DNA from: an uncultured Saprospiraceae bacterium
Lineage (GTDB): Bacteria; Bacteroidota; Bacteroidia; Chitinophagales; Saprospiraceae
DNA length: 48,114 nucleotides
Direction of reading: 5' to 3'
Assembly: GCA_947311105.1 (NCBI GenBank)
Contig: CAMZKG010000090.1
Coordinates: forward strand, 1-48,114
The notes under the pieces are model-generated. The model did not search any database, was not told the DNA's origin, and saw only the letters and a program-made list of their open reading frames with translations. Positions 9,101 to 18,351 of the stretch are shown piece after piece (position 1 is the stretch's first letter; each line of letters starts with the position of its first letter). Made by a program: the position numbers and the translations under genes.

Positions 9101-11950
9101 ATGAGTCCATCCAAAACAAAGAAGAAAGCACACGGTCATATCGAAGTCATCGGTGCCAAAGTACACAACCTAAAGACAATAGACATCGCCCTCCCACGCA
9201 ATCAACTCGTCGTCATTACGGGAGTGAGCGGCAGCGGCAAGTCATCCCTTGCCTTTGACACCATCTATGCGGAAGGTCAACGCCGATACATGGAGACCTT
9301 TTCGTCCTATGCCAGACAATTTATTGGCGAGATGGAAAGACCCGACGTCGAAAAAATAACAGGGCTGAGTCCAGTCATCTCCATCGAGCAAAAAACCACC
9401 AACAAAAACCCTAGATCGACCGTTGGAACAGTCACGGAGATTTATGACTTCCTTAGACTTCTTTTCGCCCGTGCAGGAGATGCCTACTCTTATGTCACGG
9501 GCAAAAAAATGGTACAATTCACTGAAGATCAGATGGTTGAGAATGTACTTGCCAACTATAAAGAGAAAAAGATATCGGTCTTAGCCCCTTTAGTTCGTGC
9601 CAGAAAAGGACATTACCGAGAGCTTTTTGAACAAGTCCGCAAGCAGGGTTTTACGAAAGTAAGAGTCAATGGAACCATCCAAAATCTAAGCCCTACCCCA
9701 AAGCTGGATCGATACAAAACACACGACATAGAGCTCGTAGTCGATCGCATCAAACTCTCCGATGAAAAGGAAGATCGCTTTCGCAAATCATTGGAGCTTG
9801 CGCTAAATATGGGTGAAGGTTTGATTTTCATCTTAGACATGGACTCTAACGAGATTGCCTCTTTTAGTAAGCATCTGATGTGTCCAGAGTCTGGTATTTC
9901 CTACGAAGCCCCTTCTCCAAATGCTTTTTCTTTCAATTCGCCCTACGGCGCATGCCCTCGATGCAGTGGACTAGGCATCGTTACGGAAGTGGACATCGAC
10001 AAAGTGATTCCCAATGACTCCTTAAGTATCAAAAAACAAGGCATTGTCCCTTTCGGGGAAGTGCGAGACAACATGCTTTTTAGACAGGTCGAAGCCCTTG
10101 CCAAAAAATATAAATTTACCTTATCTACCCCGATTAAGAAAATTCCCAAAGAAGCGCTAGACACGATACTCTATGGTGGTGATGAAAATCTGAGAGTCAA
10201 ACACCACCACACCAAAGACGAATATGGCTATAATATCGGCTACGAAGGGCTATTAAAAATGCTCCAACGGTGGTATAAAGAATCTACTTCCGAAAAAATG
10301 AGACAATGGGCAGAGCGCTTTATGAGCGTACATACCTGCCCAGCGTGCGAAGGCTTGCGCATCAAAAAAGAATCTCGCCATTTTAAAATCGGTGATAAAA
10401 ATATCGGCGACTTAGCCCAAATGGACATCTCCGACCTTAATATCTGGACCGAAACCATCGAAAATGACCTTTCCGAAAGGCAAAAGACCATTGGCGCAGA
10501 GATTATCAAAGAGATTCGCTTTCGCTTAAAATTTTTACAACATGTCGGACTAGGCTATCTCAACCTAAATCGACCAGCTCGCTCCCTTTCTGGTGGAGAA
10601 GCTCAAAGAATTAGACTAGCCACTCAGATTGGCTCCCAATTAACAGGCATCACCTACATCTTAGACGAACCCAGTATTGGGTTGCACCAAAGAGACAACC
10701 AACGACTCATTGCTTCGCTAAAAGAATTGACCGAAATCGGCAACAGTGTCATCGTCGTAGAGCATGACAAAGACATCATGTTAGCATCGGACTACTTAGT
10801 GGACTTGGGCCCTGGCGCAGGAGAACATGGTGGAGCAATTGTGGCAGAAGGACACCCAAAAGACTTCATCAAAAACAATTCCATCACCGCAGAATACCTA
10901 AATAACACCAGAAAAATTGCCATACCCCAAGCCAGACGCAAAGGCAATGGTCTCCAGCTCATCTTAGAAGGAGCCACAGGAAACAACTTAAAGAACGTCA
11001 AACTCAGCATCCCTTTAGGCACTTTCACCTGCGTCACAGGCGTATCAGGTAGCGGCAAATCATCTTTGATTAACAGCACGTTATACCCTATTTTGCGCAA
11101 GCACTTCTACAAAAGCTTACAAAAACCACTACCCTATAAAAAAATTAGTGGGCTGGAGCACATTGACAAAGTCATTGAAATTGACCAATCACCGATTGGT
11201 AGAACACCACGCTCTAATCCCGCCACTTACACAGGTGTTTTTACCCATATTCGATCTTTATTCTCCAATCTGCCAGAAGCCAAAATCCGCGGATACAAGC
11301 CGGGACGCTTCTCATTCAATGTCATTGGTGGGAGATGTGAAATCTGCAAAGGCTCTGGAAAGCGAACCATCGAAATGAATTTTTTGCCCGATGTCCACGT
11401 CGATTGCGAATCTTGCATGAGTCGCAGGTACAACCGCGAAACACTCGAAGTACTCTACAAAGGGAAATCCATCAATGACGTACTCAATCTGACAGTAGAA
11501 GAAGCCGTCGAATTCTTCAAGCACATCCCACGCATTTATCGCAAGATAAAAACGCTCCTTGACGTCGGGCTTGGATACATCACACTTGGACAACAAGCCA
11601 CTACTCTATCTGGCGGAGAAGCCCAGCGCGTAAAATTAGCAGAAGAATTATCTAAAAGAGACACGGGCAATACGCTCTATATCTTAGACGAGCCAACCAC
11701 AGGCCTTCATTTTGAAGACATCCAACAACTCCTAAAAGTCCTAAACCAATTGGTCGAAAAAGGCAACACCTTAGTGATCATTGAACACAACCTAGACATT
11801 ATCAAAGTCGCGGATTATATCATAGATATCGGGCCAGAAGGTGGAAAAGGGGGTGGAAAAATCGTCGCAAAAGGCACTCCAGAACAGGTTGCCAAGGTAA
11901 AAAGTAGCTTCACAGCTCCTTTTTTAGCGGATGAATTAAGTCAAAAATAA
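9101..11950 (+). CDS. uvrA: Excinuclease ABC subunit A
   Basis: 949 aa from ATG 9101; the ORF opens at TTG 9086. Two ABC ATPase modules with Walker A (GVSGSGKSSL, twice) and signature LSGGEAQR (twice). Zinc-finger cysteines CPRC and CEIC..C..C. Length is typical of UvrA. Confidence 0.97.
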   Translation: MSPSKTKKKAHGHIEVIGAKVHNLKTIDIALPRNQLVVITGVSGSGKSSLAFDTIYAEGQRRYMETFSSYARQFIGEMERPDVEKITGLSPVISIEQKTTNKNPRSTVGTVTEIYDFLRLLFARAGDAYSYVTGKKMVQFTEDQMVENVLANYKEKKISVLAPLVRARKGHYRELFEQVRKQGFTKVRVNGTIQNLSPTPKLDRYKTHDIELVVDRIKLSDEKEDRFRKSLELALNMGEGLIFILDMDSNEIASFSKHLMCPESGISYEAPSPNAFSFNSPYGACPRCSGLGIVTEVDIDKVIPNDSLSIKKQGIVPFGEVRDNMLFRQVEALAKKYKFTLSTPIKKIPKEALDTILYGGDENLRVKHHHTKDEYGYNIGYEGLLKMLQRWYKESTSEKMRQWAERFMSVHTCPACEGLRIKKESRHFKIGDKNIGDLAQMDISDLNIWTETIENDLSERQKTIGAEIIKEIRFRLKFLQHVGLGYLNLNRPARSLSGGEAQRIRLATQIGSQLTGITYILDEPSIGLHQRDNQRLIASLKELTEIGNSVIVVEHDKDIMLASDYLVDLGPGAGEHGGAIVAEGHPKDFIKNNSITAEYLNNTRKIAIPQARRKGNGLQLILEGATGNNLKNVKLSIPLGTFTCVTGVSGSGKSSLINSTLYPILRKHFYKSLQKPLPYKKISGLEHIDKVIEIDQSPIGRTPRSNPATYTGVFTHIRSLFSNLPEAKIRGYKPGRFSFNVIGGRCEICKGSGKRTIEMNFLPDVHVDCESCMSRRYNRETLEVLYKGKSINDVLNLTVEEAVEFFKHIPRIYRKIKTLLDVGLGYITLGQQATTLSGGEAQRVKLAEELSKRDTGNTLYILDEPTTGLHFEDIQQLLKVLNQLVEKGNTLVIIEHNLDIIKVADYIIDIGPEGGKGGGKIVAKGTPEQVAKVKSSFTAPFLADELSQK

Positions 11951-12312
11951 CTAGGCATAGCTGCGCCTTACTCTTTTTGCCACAAACTTTAAGCCAAATT
12001 CAAGTTTTTTTGAAAAAAATTTGATAAAAATAAAAAAAACTTTTATCTTTATTATCTGACTGACACGCCTATTTAGGACTAGGGGTATTTCTACAGCTAA
12101 TATTTTTAAGCTCCTGATACCGTGTACTTTAAGAATAACAACAAACTCACAAGCTTCATCAATGACACATTAAAGAATAAAACACATTATTTTATATTGG
12201 CATGTTTTTTGACTTTACATGAGCAGCAACCTGCAACATTCCAATCCAATTGCAAGTATAATTTTGCATGTATTGGGGATTATAATTGATGAACTAAAAA
12301 AAAGAGAAGACG

Positions 12313-13887
12313 ATGTTTAAACAGAGTTTGAATCAAAAACTATTACAAAAACTATCCCCTCAGCAAATTCAACTAATGAAGTTGCTACAAATTCCTACTG
12401 CTACCCTTGACCAGCGTATCCAAGAAGAATTGGAAGCAAATCCAGCTTTAGATGAAGGATTTCAGGACGAAGAAGAAGTCCAGGGAGAGCACGAGTCCGA
12501 AACAGAAGCAGACGATGAGTATGCAGATGAGTTTGATGATGCCTATAATGCTGCAGAAGTCGTTAATGAAATTACTACGGATGAGCCTGACATTCCTGAC
12601 ACTAGTGACAAAGAACTAGAGCTAGACGACTACGTAAAGGAATATATGGATGATGACCCTATCATGTACAAGTCAACTGCTGGCACAAAAGACGACGATG
12701 ATAAAACCATCCCTTTTTCTGTTCAATCTAGTTTTCATGAGTACTTACAAGAACAACTTTCCACTTTGAGCTTGAAAGATGAGAAAGAATTGGCTATCGC
12801 AGAGCAAATCATAGGCAGCATCGACAACGACGGCTACCTACGTAGAGAAGCTAGTGCCATGGTCAATGACCTACTTTTTTCCAAAAACATCCAAACAACG
12901 GAAGAAGAGATCGAGGCTATCCTTAAGCAGATTCAACAATTCGACCCTATTGGTATTGGCTCTAGAAATCTTCAAGAATGCATCACCATTCAATTGAAGC
13001 AGCTAAAAAAGACATCAAAACAAATCGACAATAGAGAGCTTGAGAATATCGATATTGCCATCAAGCTTATCAATAAATATTTTGATGCCTTTAGCAAAAA
13101 ACACTATTCAAAGCTGCTTAAAGGTCTAGATATTTCAAACGACAGACTAAAAGAAGTCATCGAAATTATTGTCGGCTTAAACCCTAAGCCCGCTAGTGGT
13201 CATGCTTCTGGAAATACTTCTATGAATTATATCCTCCCTGACTTCTTCATCAATAACAAAAATGGTGAATTAGAGCTTACGCTAAATACCAGAAACGCTC
13301 CAGATCTTAGGGTCAATGATTATTACAAAGAAATGCTTACTTCTTATGTAAATAACAAGAAGAAAAAGAAGAAAGCTTCTAAAGAACAAAAAGAAGCAGT
13401 CAACTTTATCAAAAATAAAATTGACTCTGCTAAATGGTTTATTGATGCCATCAAGCAAAGGTATGACACCATGCTTAATACCATGTACTCCATCATGAAG
13501 CTTCAAGAAGATTATTTCTTGACTGGAGATCCTTCTAAGCTGCGCCCTATGATTCTGAAAGATATTGCAGAAATGACAGGGCTTGACATCTCCACCGTTT
13601 CGCGTGTCGCTAACAGCAAATACGTCCAAACGGAGTTCGGCACAAAACTACTCAAAGAGTTTTTCTCGGAATCAATGCAGACCGATGATGGTGAAGAAGT
13701 ATCCACTTATGAAGTAAAAAATGCCCTTTCGGAAATCATCAAAAAAGAAAATAAAAAGAAGCCGCTCAGCGATGAAAAATTAATGATTGCCCTAAATAAA
13801 AAAGGCTACAATATCGCCAGAAGAACAGTCGCAAAATATAGAGAACAATTGGACATTCCAGTTGCCAGAATGAGAAAAGAATTGTAA
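12313..13887 (+). CDS. rpoN: RNA polymerase sigma-54 factor
   Basis: 524 aa. N-terminal region I (LSPQQIQLMKLLQIPTATLDQRIQEELEANPALD), acidic linker, core-binding region, HTH and C-terminal RpoN box (ARRTVAKYREQL). Confidence 0.95.
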   Translation: MFKQSLNQKLLQKLSPQQIQLMKLLQIPTATLDQRIQEELEANPALDEGFQDEEEVQGEHESETEADDEYADEFDDAYNAAEVVNEITTDEPDIPDTSDKELELDDYVKEYMDDDPIMYKSTAGTKDDDDKTIPFSVQSSFHEYLQEQLSTLSLKDEKELAIAEQIIGSIDNDGYLRREASAMVNDLLFSKNIQTTEEEIEAILKQIQQFDPIGIGSRNLQECITIQLKQLKKTSKQIDNRELENIDIAIKLINKYFDAFSKKHYSKLLKGLDISNDRLKEVIEIIVGLNPKPASGHASGNTSMNYILPDFFINNKNGELELTLNTRNAPDLRVNDYYKEMLTSYVNNKKKKKKASKEQKEAVNFIKNKIDSAKWFIDAIKQRYDTMLNTMYSIMKLQEDYFLTGDPSKLRPMILKDIAEMTGLDISTVSRVANSKYVQTEFGTKLLKEFFSESMQTDDGEEVSTYEVKNALSEIIKKENKKKPLSDEKLMIALNKKGYNIARRTVAKYREQLDIPVARMRKEL

Positions 13888-13907
13888 TTCTTTTTTACCA
13901 TTTACAC

Positions 13908-13948
13908 AAAAAAGGGAGAAAATCAATTGATTTTCTCCCTTTTATTTT
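13908..13948. terminator. Bidirectional intrinsic terminator after rpoN
   Basis: Perfect 13+13 palindrome GGGAGAAAATCAA/TTGATTTTCTCCC (13914-13939). It is flanked by an A-run upstream and TTTTATTTT downstream. Confidence 0.8.
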
Positions 13949-14064
13949 CTTATAACTACTTTAAGTTTCGGGGCTATGGCAAAAGGCAAAGGATTATAGG
14001 TCAAGGGATTAAAAGATGTGGCTATTTTCTATAAAAAAATAACTCCAATCTAAAATGGCAAGAC

Positions 14065-14697
14065 TCACAGCTCTTTAACTGCATCTACTAACCCATTCAG
14101 TTTCAAGGCCTTAACACCATTCATCATTCTTGTACCCTTCTTAAACGGCCACCCGTTGGGTACACTTTCAAAAGAGTTCAGTACTTGATACAACAACACT
14201 TGACGACCAAATTCATCTATCATCCCAACGAATAATATTGACTGCTGTTTATATCGAGTTTTCTCCGCAGGACTACTCAGCCATTCCCAAATATTCATCT
14301 CCTTCTCCGGTGCAGAATTTTTCATCACCGACCATCCATAGCTCCACCAATAATAAAACTCATGAACACTTAACTCCTTCGATTCTCCTTTTTCATAATA
14401 CTCTAGCCTATACTTATCACCAGATTGCTTCAGCCTATAAGGATAAAAATACAACAATTGGAATAGCATCAACAAATCAAATACCAACAGAAAAATGACT
14501 AACACCAACCAATAACGCATCCACCCTGGATAATAAACTGGATTTTCTACGTCTGGATTAAAATTCAAAAACAATAAGCCCAATCCCAAAAAGAGCGCAA
14601 TAACAAAGGTATAAAACAAAGGATACTCCCATTGAAGAAATGTCCCCAGCCCATTTTCATAAATGGTTTTTCCAATAGCCCTTTTTGATGATTTCAT
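14065..14697 (-). CDS. Hypothetical integral membrane protein
   Basis: 210-aa ORF with ATG at 14697. Two to three hydrophobic helices (FYTFVIALFLGLGLLFL, WLVLVIFLLVFDLLMLF). Starts 13 nt downstream of the methyltransferase gene, so probably co-transcribed. Confidence 0.6.
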   Translation of the reverse strand: MKSSKRAIGKTIYENGLGTFLQWEYPLFYTFVIALFLGLGLLFLNFNPDVENPVYYPGWMRYWLVLVIFLLVFDLLMLFQLLYFYPYRLKQSGDKYRLEYYEKGESKELSVHEFYYWWSYGWSVMKNSAPEKEMNIWEWLSSPAEKTRYKQQSILFVGMIDEFGRQVLLYQVLNSFESVPNGWPFKKGTRMMNGVKALKLNGLVDAVKEL

Positions 14698-14710
14698 ACG
14701 AAGCCAAAAA

Positions 14711-15481
14711 CTATTTCCGCGCTACATAAAATAAATCAAAACAATCGTCCTTGGCTCCTCCTACGGAATAATCATCCATCTGAATACTTGCCACTAATGA
14801 ATTATCTTGGGCCACTAACTTTTTTCTATTGCGTCGATTTAGAATATCATAAGGGATTTGCAAGATGCGTCGCGGTAGTTTATATTGTAAATTAAAAACA
14901 TCCCAACGAGTAATTTTTTCAACAGATTTTCGGTTATTTTCGTAATACTTCATGATTTTTTCGTTACCGAAAACGCCTAGTTTTTCTACTTCCGCAAATT
15001 TTTCTCGCAAGAGAGTATCCAACTCATCAATAGTATATTCACGTACGTGCCAAGGATTTCTGGTCAGGGACATTTTTATATTTGGGGTCGTCACAATAAA
15101 CTTCCCGCCAGGCTTCAACACCCTATAAATCTCGCCAACAAATGCCCGATCATCCTCTATATGCTCTATCACCTGAAACGAAACCACAAAATCAAACCGA
15201 TCATCTTCAATCCCTTCAAATGGGGGAACATTCATTTGCCGAAAGGCGACATTATCATACACCGAAAAATCAATATCATTTGAAAACTTATCAATTGTCA
15301 TCAAATGTTCCGCTTTGGGCGCAAGCACTTCCACCCCATAGCCGCTACCCGTCCCTATCTCCAGCACATTGCCCGACACCAATTCCGCAGCCTTTAAATA
15401 CGCCAATAAAGAGCGTTGATAGACATAATTATCCGACACATCTGTATGAGAAACTCTTTCTGCAGTCTGCATATCTTTCAT
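14711..15481 (-). CDS. Class I SAM-dependent methyltransferase
   Basis: SAM-binding motif I VLEIGTGSGYG, plus FDFVVSFQVIEHI and LKPGGKFIV. The ORF opens at GTG 15556; ATG 15481 (MKDMQ...) seems the likelier start, but the start is uncertain. Confidence 0.8.
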   Translation of the reverse strand: MKDMQTAERVSHTDVSDNYVYQRSLLAYLKAAELVSGNVLEIGTGSGYGVEVLAPKAEHLMTIDKFSNDIDFSVYDNVAFRQMNVPPFEGIEDDRFDFVVSFQVIEHIEDDRAFVGEIYRVLKPGGKFIVTTPNIKMSLTRNPWHVREYTIDELDTLLREKFAEVEKLGVFGNEKIMKYYENNRKSVEKITRWDVFNLQYKLPRRILQIPYDILNRRNRKKLVAQDNSLVASIQMDDYSVGGAKDDCFDLFYVARK

Positions 15482-15701
15482 TTTAACTGTTTTCTTACTC
15501 TTTAACGATTTTTGGGGCACAATAGTTGATGACTTTCCTGCCTTTAAGGTACTCACGAATACTTCGAATGCCCAAAGTACTTATAAGTTGTACTACCCAC
15601 CACCTGTAATATACTGATACACAGGAATTTATAAGTGAAAAGAAATAAAATTTTGGCACCCGTCACCCCACCGAAGGTCGCAGCGGTAGCAAGCACGATT
15701 A

Positions 15702-16544
15702 TCACTCTGACTTACTTTTTCTCAAATCAAAAGTAAATCCAACCACCCCCATCTTTTGAAAATACTTAATTTTTTGACCAGCTCTATCTGGCTGCCCCTT
15801 AGGTCTTGTAGTAATATCCCAAGCATTGACATAACCAACATCCAAGTTATATTGAAAGAATACACGATTCCAAAAAGTCAATCTAGCACCACCAAAAACA
15901 GAAATACCTAAACCGCTAAAATGTGGACGGTCATCATTGTGCTTCCCCAACAAAATCGCATTAGTCCAAGTCAAAGGAAAAATAGGCCCTGTCCCGGTCA
16001 TTGCCGTAAGGCTAATCCGGTCATTCGCTTTCGCAAAAATATCAAAATGCTTCTCAATATTTATTTTGACTAGATTAAAGCCATCAGAGTGTTCCATCCG
16101 CAAAAAAGTCTGGTGATCCATAATGACATCTTGACCGTCATAGACTCCTGCAAACTTTTCAGAAGCAGATTTATCTATATGCCCATCCATCACAACTACT
16201 TGATCATCAATGGATTGATACTTCATGTGATCCCATCCTGCCGAAAAATAGATGTTGTTTTTCCAATGATATCCTACCCTAAAATTAAACTGGGGAATCG
16301 TAATTTTTTTGGGGTTAATATACACCTTACTAACGGGCTCCGGCAAGTCTTTGGCCTCCACATCATATACCGTAAAATCATATCCTGGCCCATGATAATG
16401 AATATCACTACGACCATATACCCCCCGATTATATCCCCAATAAAAATAGAATTTTTTGGATTTTTTGGGCAGTTCTACTGCTTGCGCAAAAAAGCTCTTA
16501 GGCACCAAAAAGAAAAGAAGTAAGAACAAGGCTAAATTTTTCAT
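15702..16544 (-). CDS. Hypothetical exported protein (possible outer-membrane protein)
   Basis: The ORF track extends to 16754 and would overlap coaD. Internal ATG 16544 gives a signal peptide MKNLALFLLLFFLVPKSFFAQA. The mature part is rich in aromatic and Gly residues in beta-strand-like patterns. Confidence 0.6.
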   Translation of the reverse strand: MKNLALFLLLFFLVPKSFFAQAVELPKKSKKFYFYWGYNRGVYGRSDIHYHGPGYDFTVYDVEAKDLPEPVSKVYINPKKITIPQFNFRVGYHWKNNIYFSAGWDHMKYQSIDDQVVVMDGHIDKSASEKFAGVYDGQDVIMDHQTFLRMEHSDGFNLVKINIEKHFDIFAKANDRISLTAMTGTGPIFPLTWTNAILLGKHNDDRPHFSGLGISVFGGARLTFWNRVFFQYNLDVGYVNAWDITTRPKGQPDRAGQKIKYFQKMGVVGFTFDLRKSKSE

Positions 16545-16611
16545 CTGATTGTTTTTGTACTTTGAATTAAAAATAGACTGTCTATTCGATGGGCACAAAT
16601 ATACGCATTTT

Positions 16612-17076
16612 TTACAATGCATCAAACTTAACTTTGGACGGAACAAAAGGAGATGCATCTCCCCCTCCCTTGATAATCTCCCTAACAATCGTCGAACTGA
16701 TATGAGAATACTCGGGCAAACTAATAAAGAAAATGGTCTCAATCCCATCCCCAATAATATGATTCAATTGTGAAATCGTCTTTTCATAGTCAAAATCTGA
16801 CGCATTCCGCAAGCCCCGAATCAAGTACTTTGCCCCGATTGCTTTACAATAATCTGCTGTCAAATTCTCAAAAGTATCGACTACTATTTTTGGCTCATCT
16901 TCAAACACTATCTCCAACCATTTTTTTCTTTGCGTAAGCGAAAACAAGGTCTTTTTTTGAGAATTAACCCCTATAGCCATGATAATTTTATCAAAAAGCG
17001 GCAGTGCGCGGCGTGCTATCTCTTCATGCCCCTTCGTTATGGGGTCAAATGATGCAGGAAAAACGGCAATTTTCAT
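16612..17076 (-). CDS. coaD: Phosphopantetheine adenylyltransferase
   Basis: 154 aa. N-terminal MKIAVFPASFDPITKGHEEI (the T/HxGH nucleotidyltransferase motif). ISSTIVREI near the C-terminus. Typical CoaD length. Confidence 0.93.
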   Translation of the reverse strand: MKIAVFPASFDPITKGHEEIARRALPLFDKIIMAIGVNSQKKTLFSLTQRKKWLEIVFEDEPKIVVDTFENLTADYCKAIGAKYLIRGLRNASDFDYEKTISQLNHIIGDGIETIFFISLPEYSHISSTIVREIIKGGGDASPFVPSKVKFDAL

Positions 17077-17206
17077 GATTCTTTGCTTTTTATAATTTTA
17101 TCACCCCAAAAATAACGAAAAGGCTATCCGCAAAGATAGCCTTTTTGTTGTATTTTAATAATATCGGTACTTCGGTAAAAATGGGAAATTCCTAAATTGG
17201 CTCTAC

Positions 17207-17296
17207 GGCGATACTCGCTGCGCTTGTCTCTACTTCTTGCAAATTAATTTGCCAGACCACTCGTTCAACTTGCCCAACACGAAGCGATGAGCAAAT
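17207..17296 (+). repeat. 90-nt dispersed element, copy A (second inverted copy at 47587-47676)
   Basis: Hand alignment to the reverse complement of 47587-47676 gives 78/90 identities, with 64/69 over the first 69 nt. It contains the palindrome CTTGCAAATTAATTTGC(C/A)AG. It lies in a 381-bp intergenic region. Confidence 0.8.
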
Positions 17297-17457
17297 TTTG
17301 TTCCTTTATTATTGACTACAACAACTTTTCGGAGTTAAGCCCATCTCCCCCTGCGTGCCCTTGACCTTTAACCGTCACCACAGAAGATAAGAAAATGCGG
17401 TATCGTTATACCATTACACCGCTAAACCACTGTACCAAGACTTGAGTCAACAACTAC

Positions 17458-18330
17458 TCACTCTACAGGAATAACCAGCGAGCTCTTATCGCCCAAAGCA
17501 AATACCCCAAAACCCTTCTCAAAGTTACGATGCATGATGACGGGTTCTGCAAAAGGATTGTCATCGGCATTCTGTACGGCATTATACGTACGGTCAAAGC
17601 GGTAATAATCCGCAGTCACAGACCATAAGTTCACTCGTACAGAATCAACAGTACCTGTACTACTCGACACATAAGCATCAAATGTTTGGCTCAAATCAGC
17701 CCCTGGAAAAGTCTCATCCTTCAATATAACCCGACTATAATCCAAGCCACTATCTTCTGCGATGCCACTATTGCTATATATAGAACTGTACGACTCCGAT
17801 GTATCTATCGACTCCACACCAATCAAATAAAAGTCCAGCCCATCATCATCCGATATCGTCAAATGTAATTTGCCATTCCCATTATTATTCGAATTAGCTA
17901 CACTATTAACAAATTGAGCTTTCTTGATGGTAGGTTTTGATGGCATCACTTGCTCCGCCTTGACGGTTTCAAAATTGGGCGCAGACACGGTTAATTCATA
18001 GGTTTTACCAGCTACTAATTCCACGGGCACAGACGGGCGATAAAAGCCTTTTTTCGTATTATCTTCTTCCAATGTGGCGATTTGCGTTCCATTTTCCGCA
18101 AGGGTTACCATCGCATCAGAAACGGCCGAAGAATTTTCATCTTCCAAAGCGCCCACAGAAGCAAATACCGTCACGAGTTGATCATTACCTTCATCTAACC
18201 AAAGCGCCGTCACTCCAAGCTTAGGCACATGGGGCGGAATATCTATCTTGGTCGTCTGATCAAAAAAATCTTCACAGGAAGAAAAGAAGACTAACAAACT
18301 AAAAAACGTGATTATTTTTAAATATTTCAT
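17458..18330 (-). CDS. DUF4249-like lipoprotein (partner of the upstream TonB-dependent receptor)
   Basis: 290 aa. Lipoprotein signal peptide MKYLKIITFFSLLVFFSSC. Lies immediately downstream (21 nt) of a CarboxypepD_reg-type TonB receptor, the usual DUF4249 context. The family call is from context and memory. Confidence 0.55.
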   Translation of the reverse strand: MKYLKIITFFSLLVFFSSCEDFFDQTTKIDIPPHVPKLGVTALWLDEGNDQLVTVFASVGALEDENSSAVSDAMVTLAENGTQIATLEEDNTKKGFYRPSVPVELVAGKTYELTVSAPNFETVKAEQVMPSKPTIKKAQFVNSVANSNNNGNGKLHLTISDDDGLDFYLIGVESIDTSESYSSIYSNSGIAEDSGLDYSRVILKDETFPGADLSQTFDAYVSSSTGTVDSVRVNLWSVTADYYRFDRTYNAVQNADDNPFAEPVIMHRNFEKGFGVFALGDKSSLVIPVE

Positions 18331-18351
18331 GATTCTTGATTTTTGGGTTGG

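Noticed and set aside
8968-9258. ORFs translating the palindromic element (8968-9258 +, 45006-45407 +, 45151-45348 -, 34597-34965 -, 34670-34870 -)
   Set aside because: They are artefacts of repeats (TDERPFVS/RTVVRL peptides). They either overlap better-supported genes (uvrA, the lipoprotein) or lie in the tandem array.
12198-12213. Sigma-54 type promoter (TGGCATG-N4-TTGA) upstream of rpoN
   Set aside because: The -24 GG is present, but the invariant -12 GC is replaced by GA. Other TGGCA(C/A)-N5-TTGC-like hits (for example 4534-4548) lie inside genes far from any start codon. No sigma-54 promoter can be supported.
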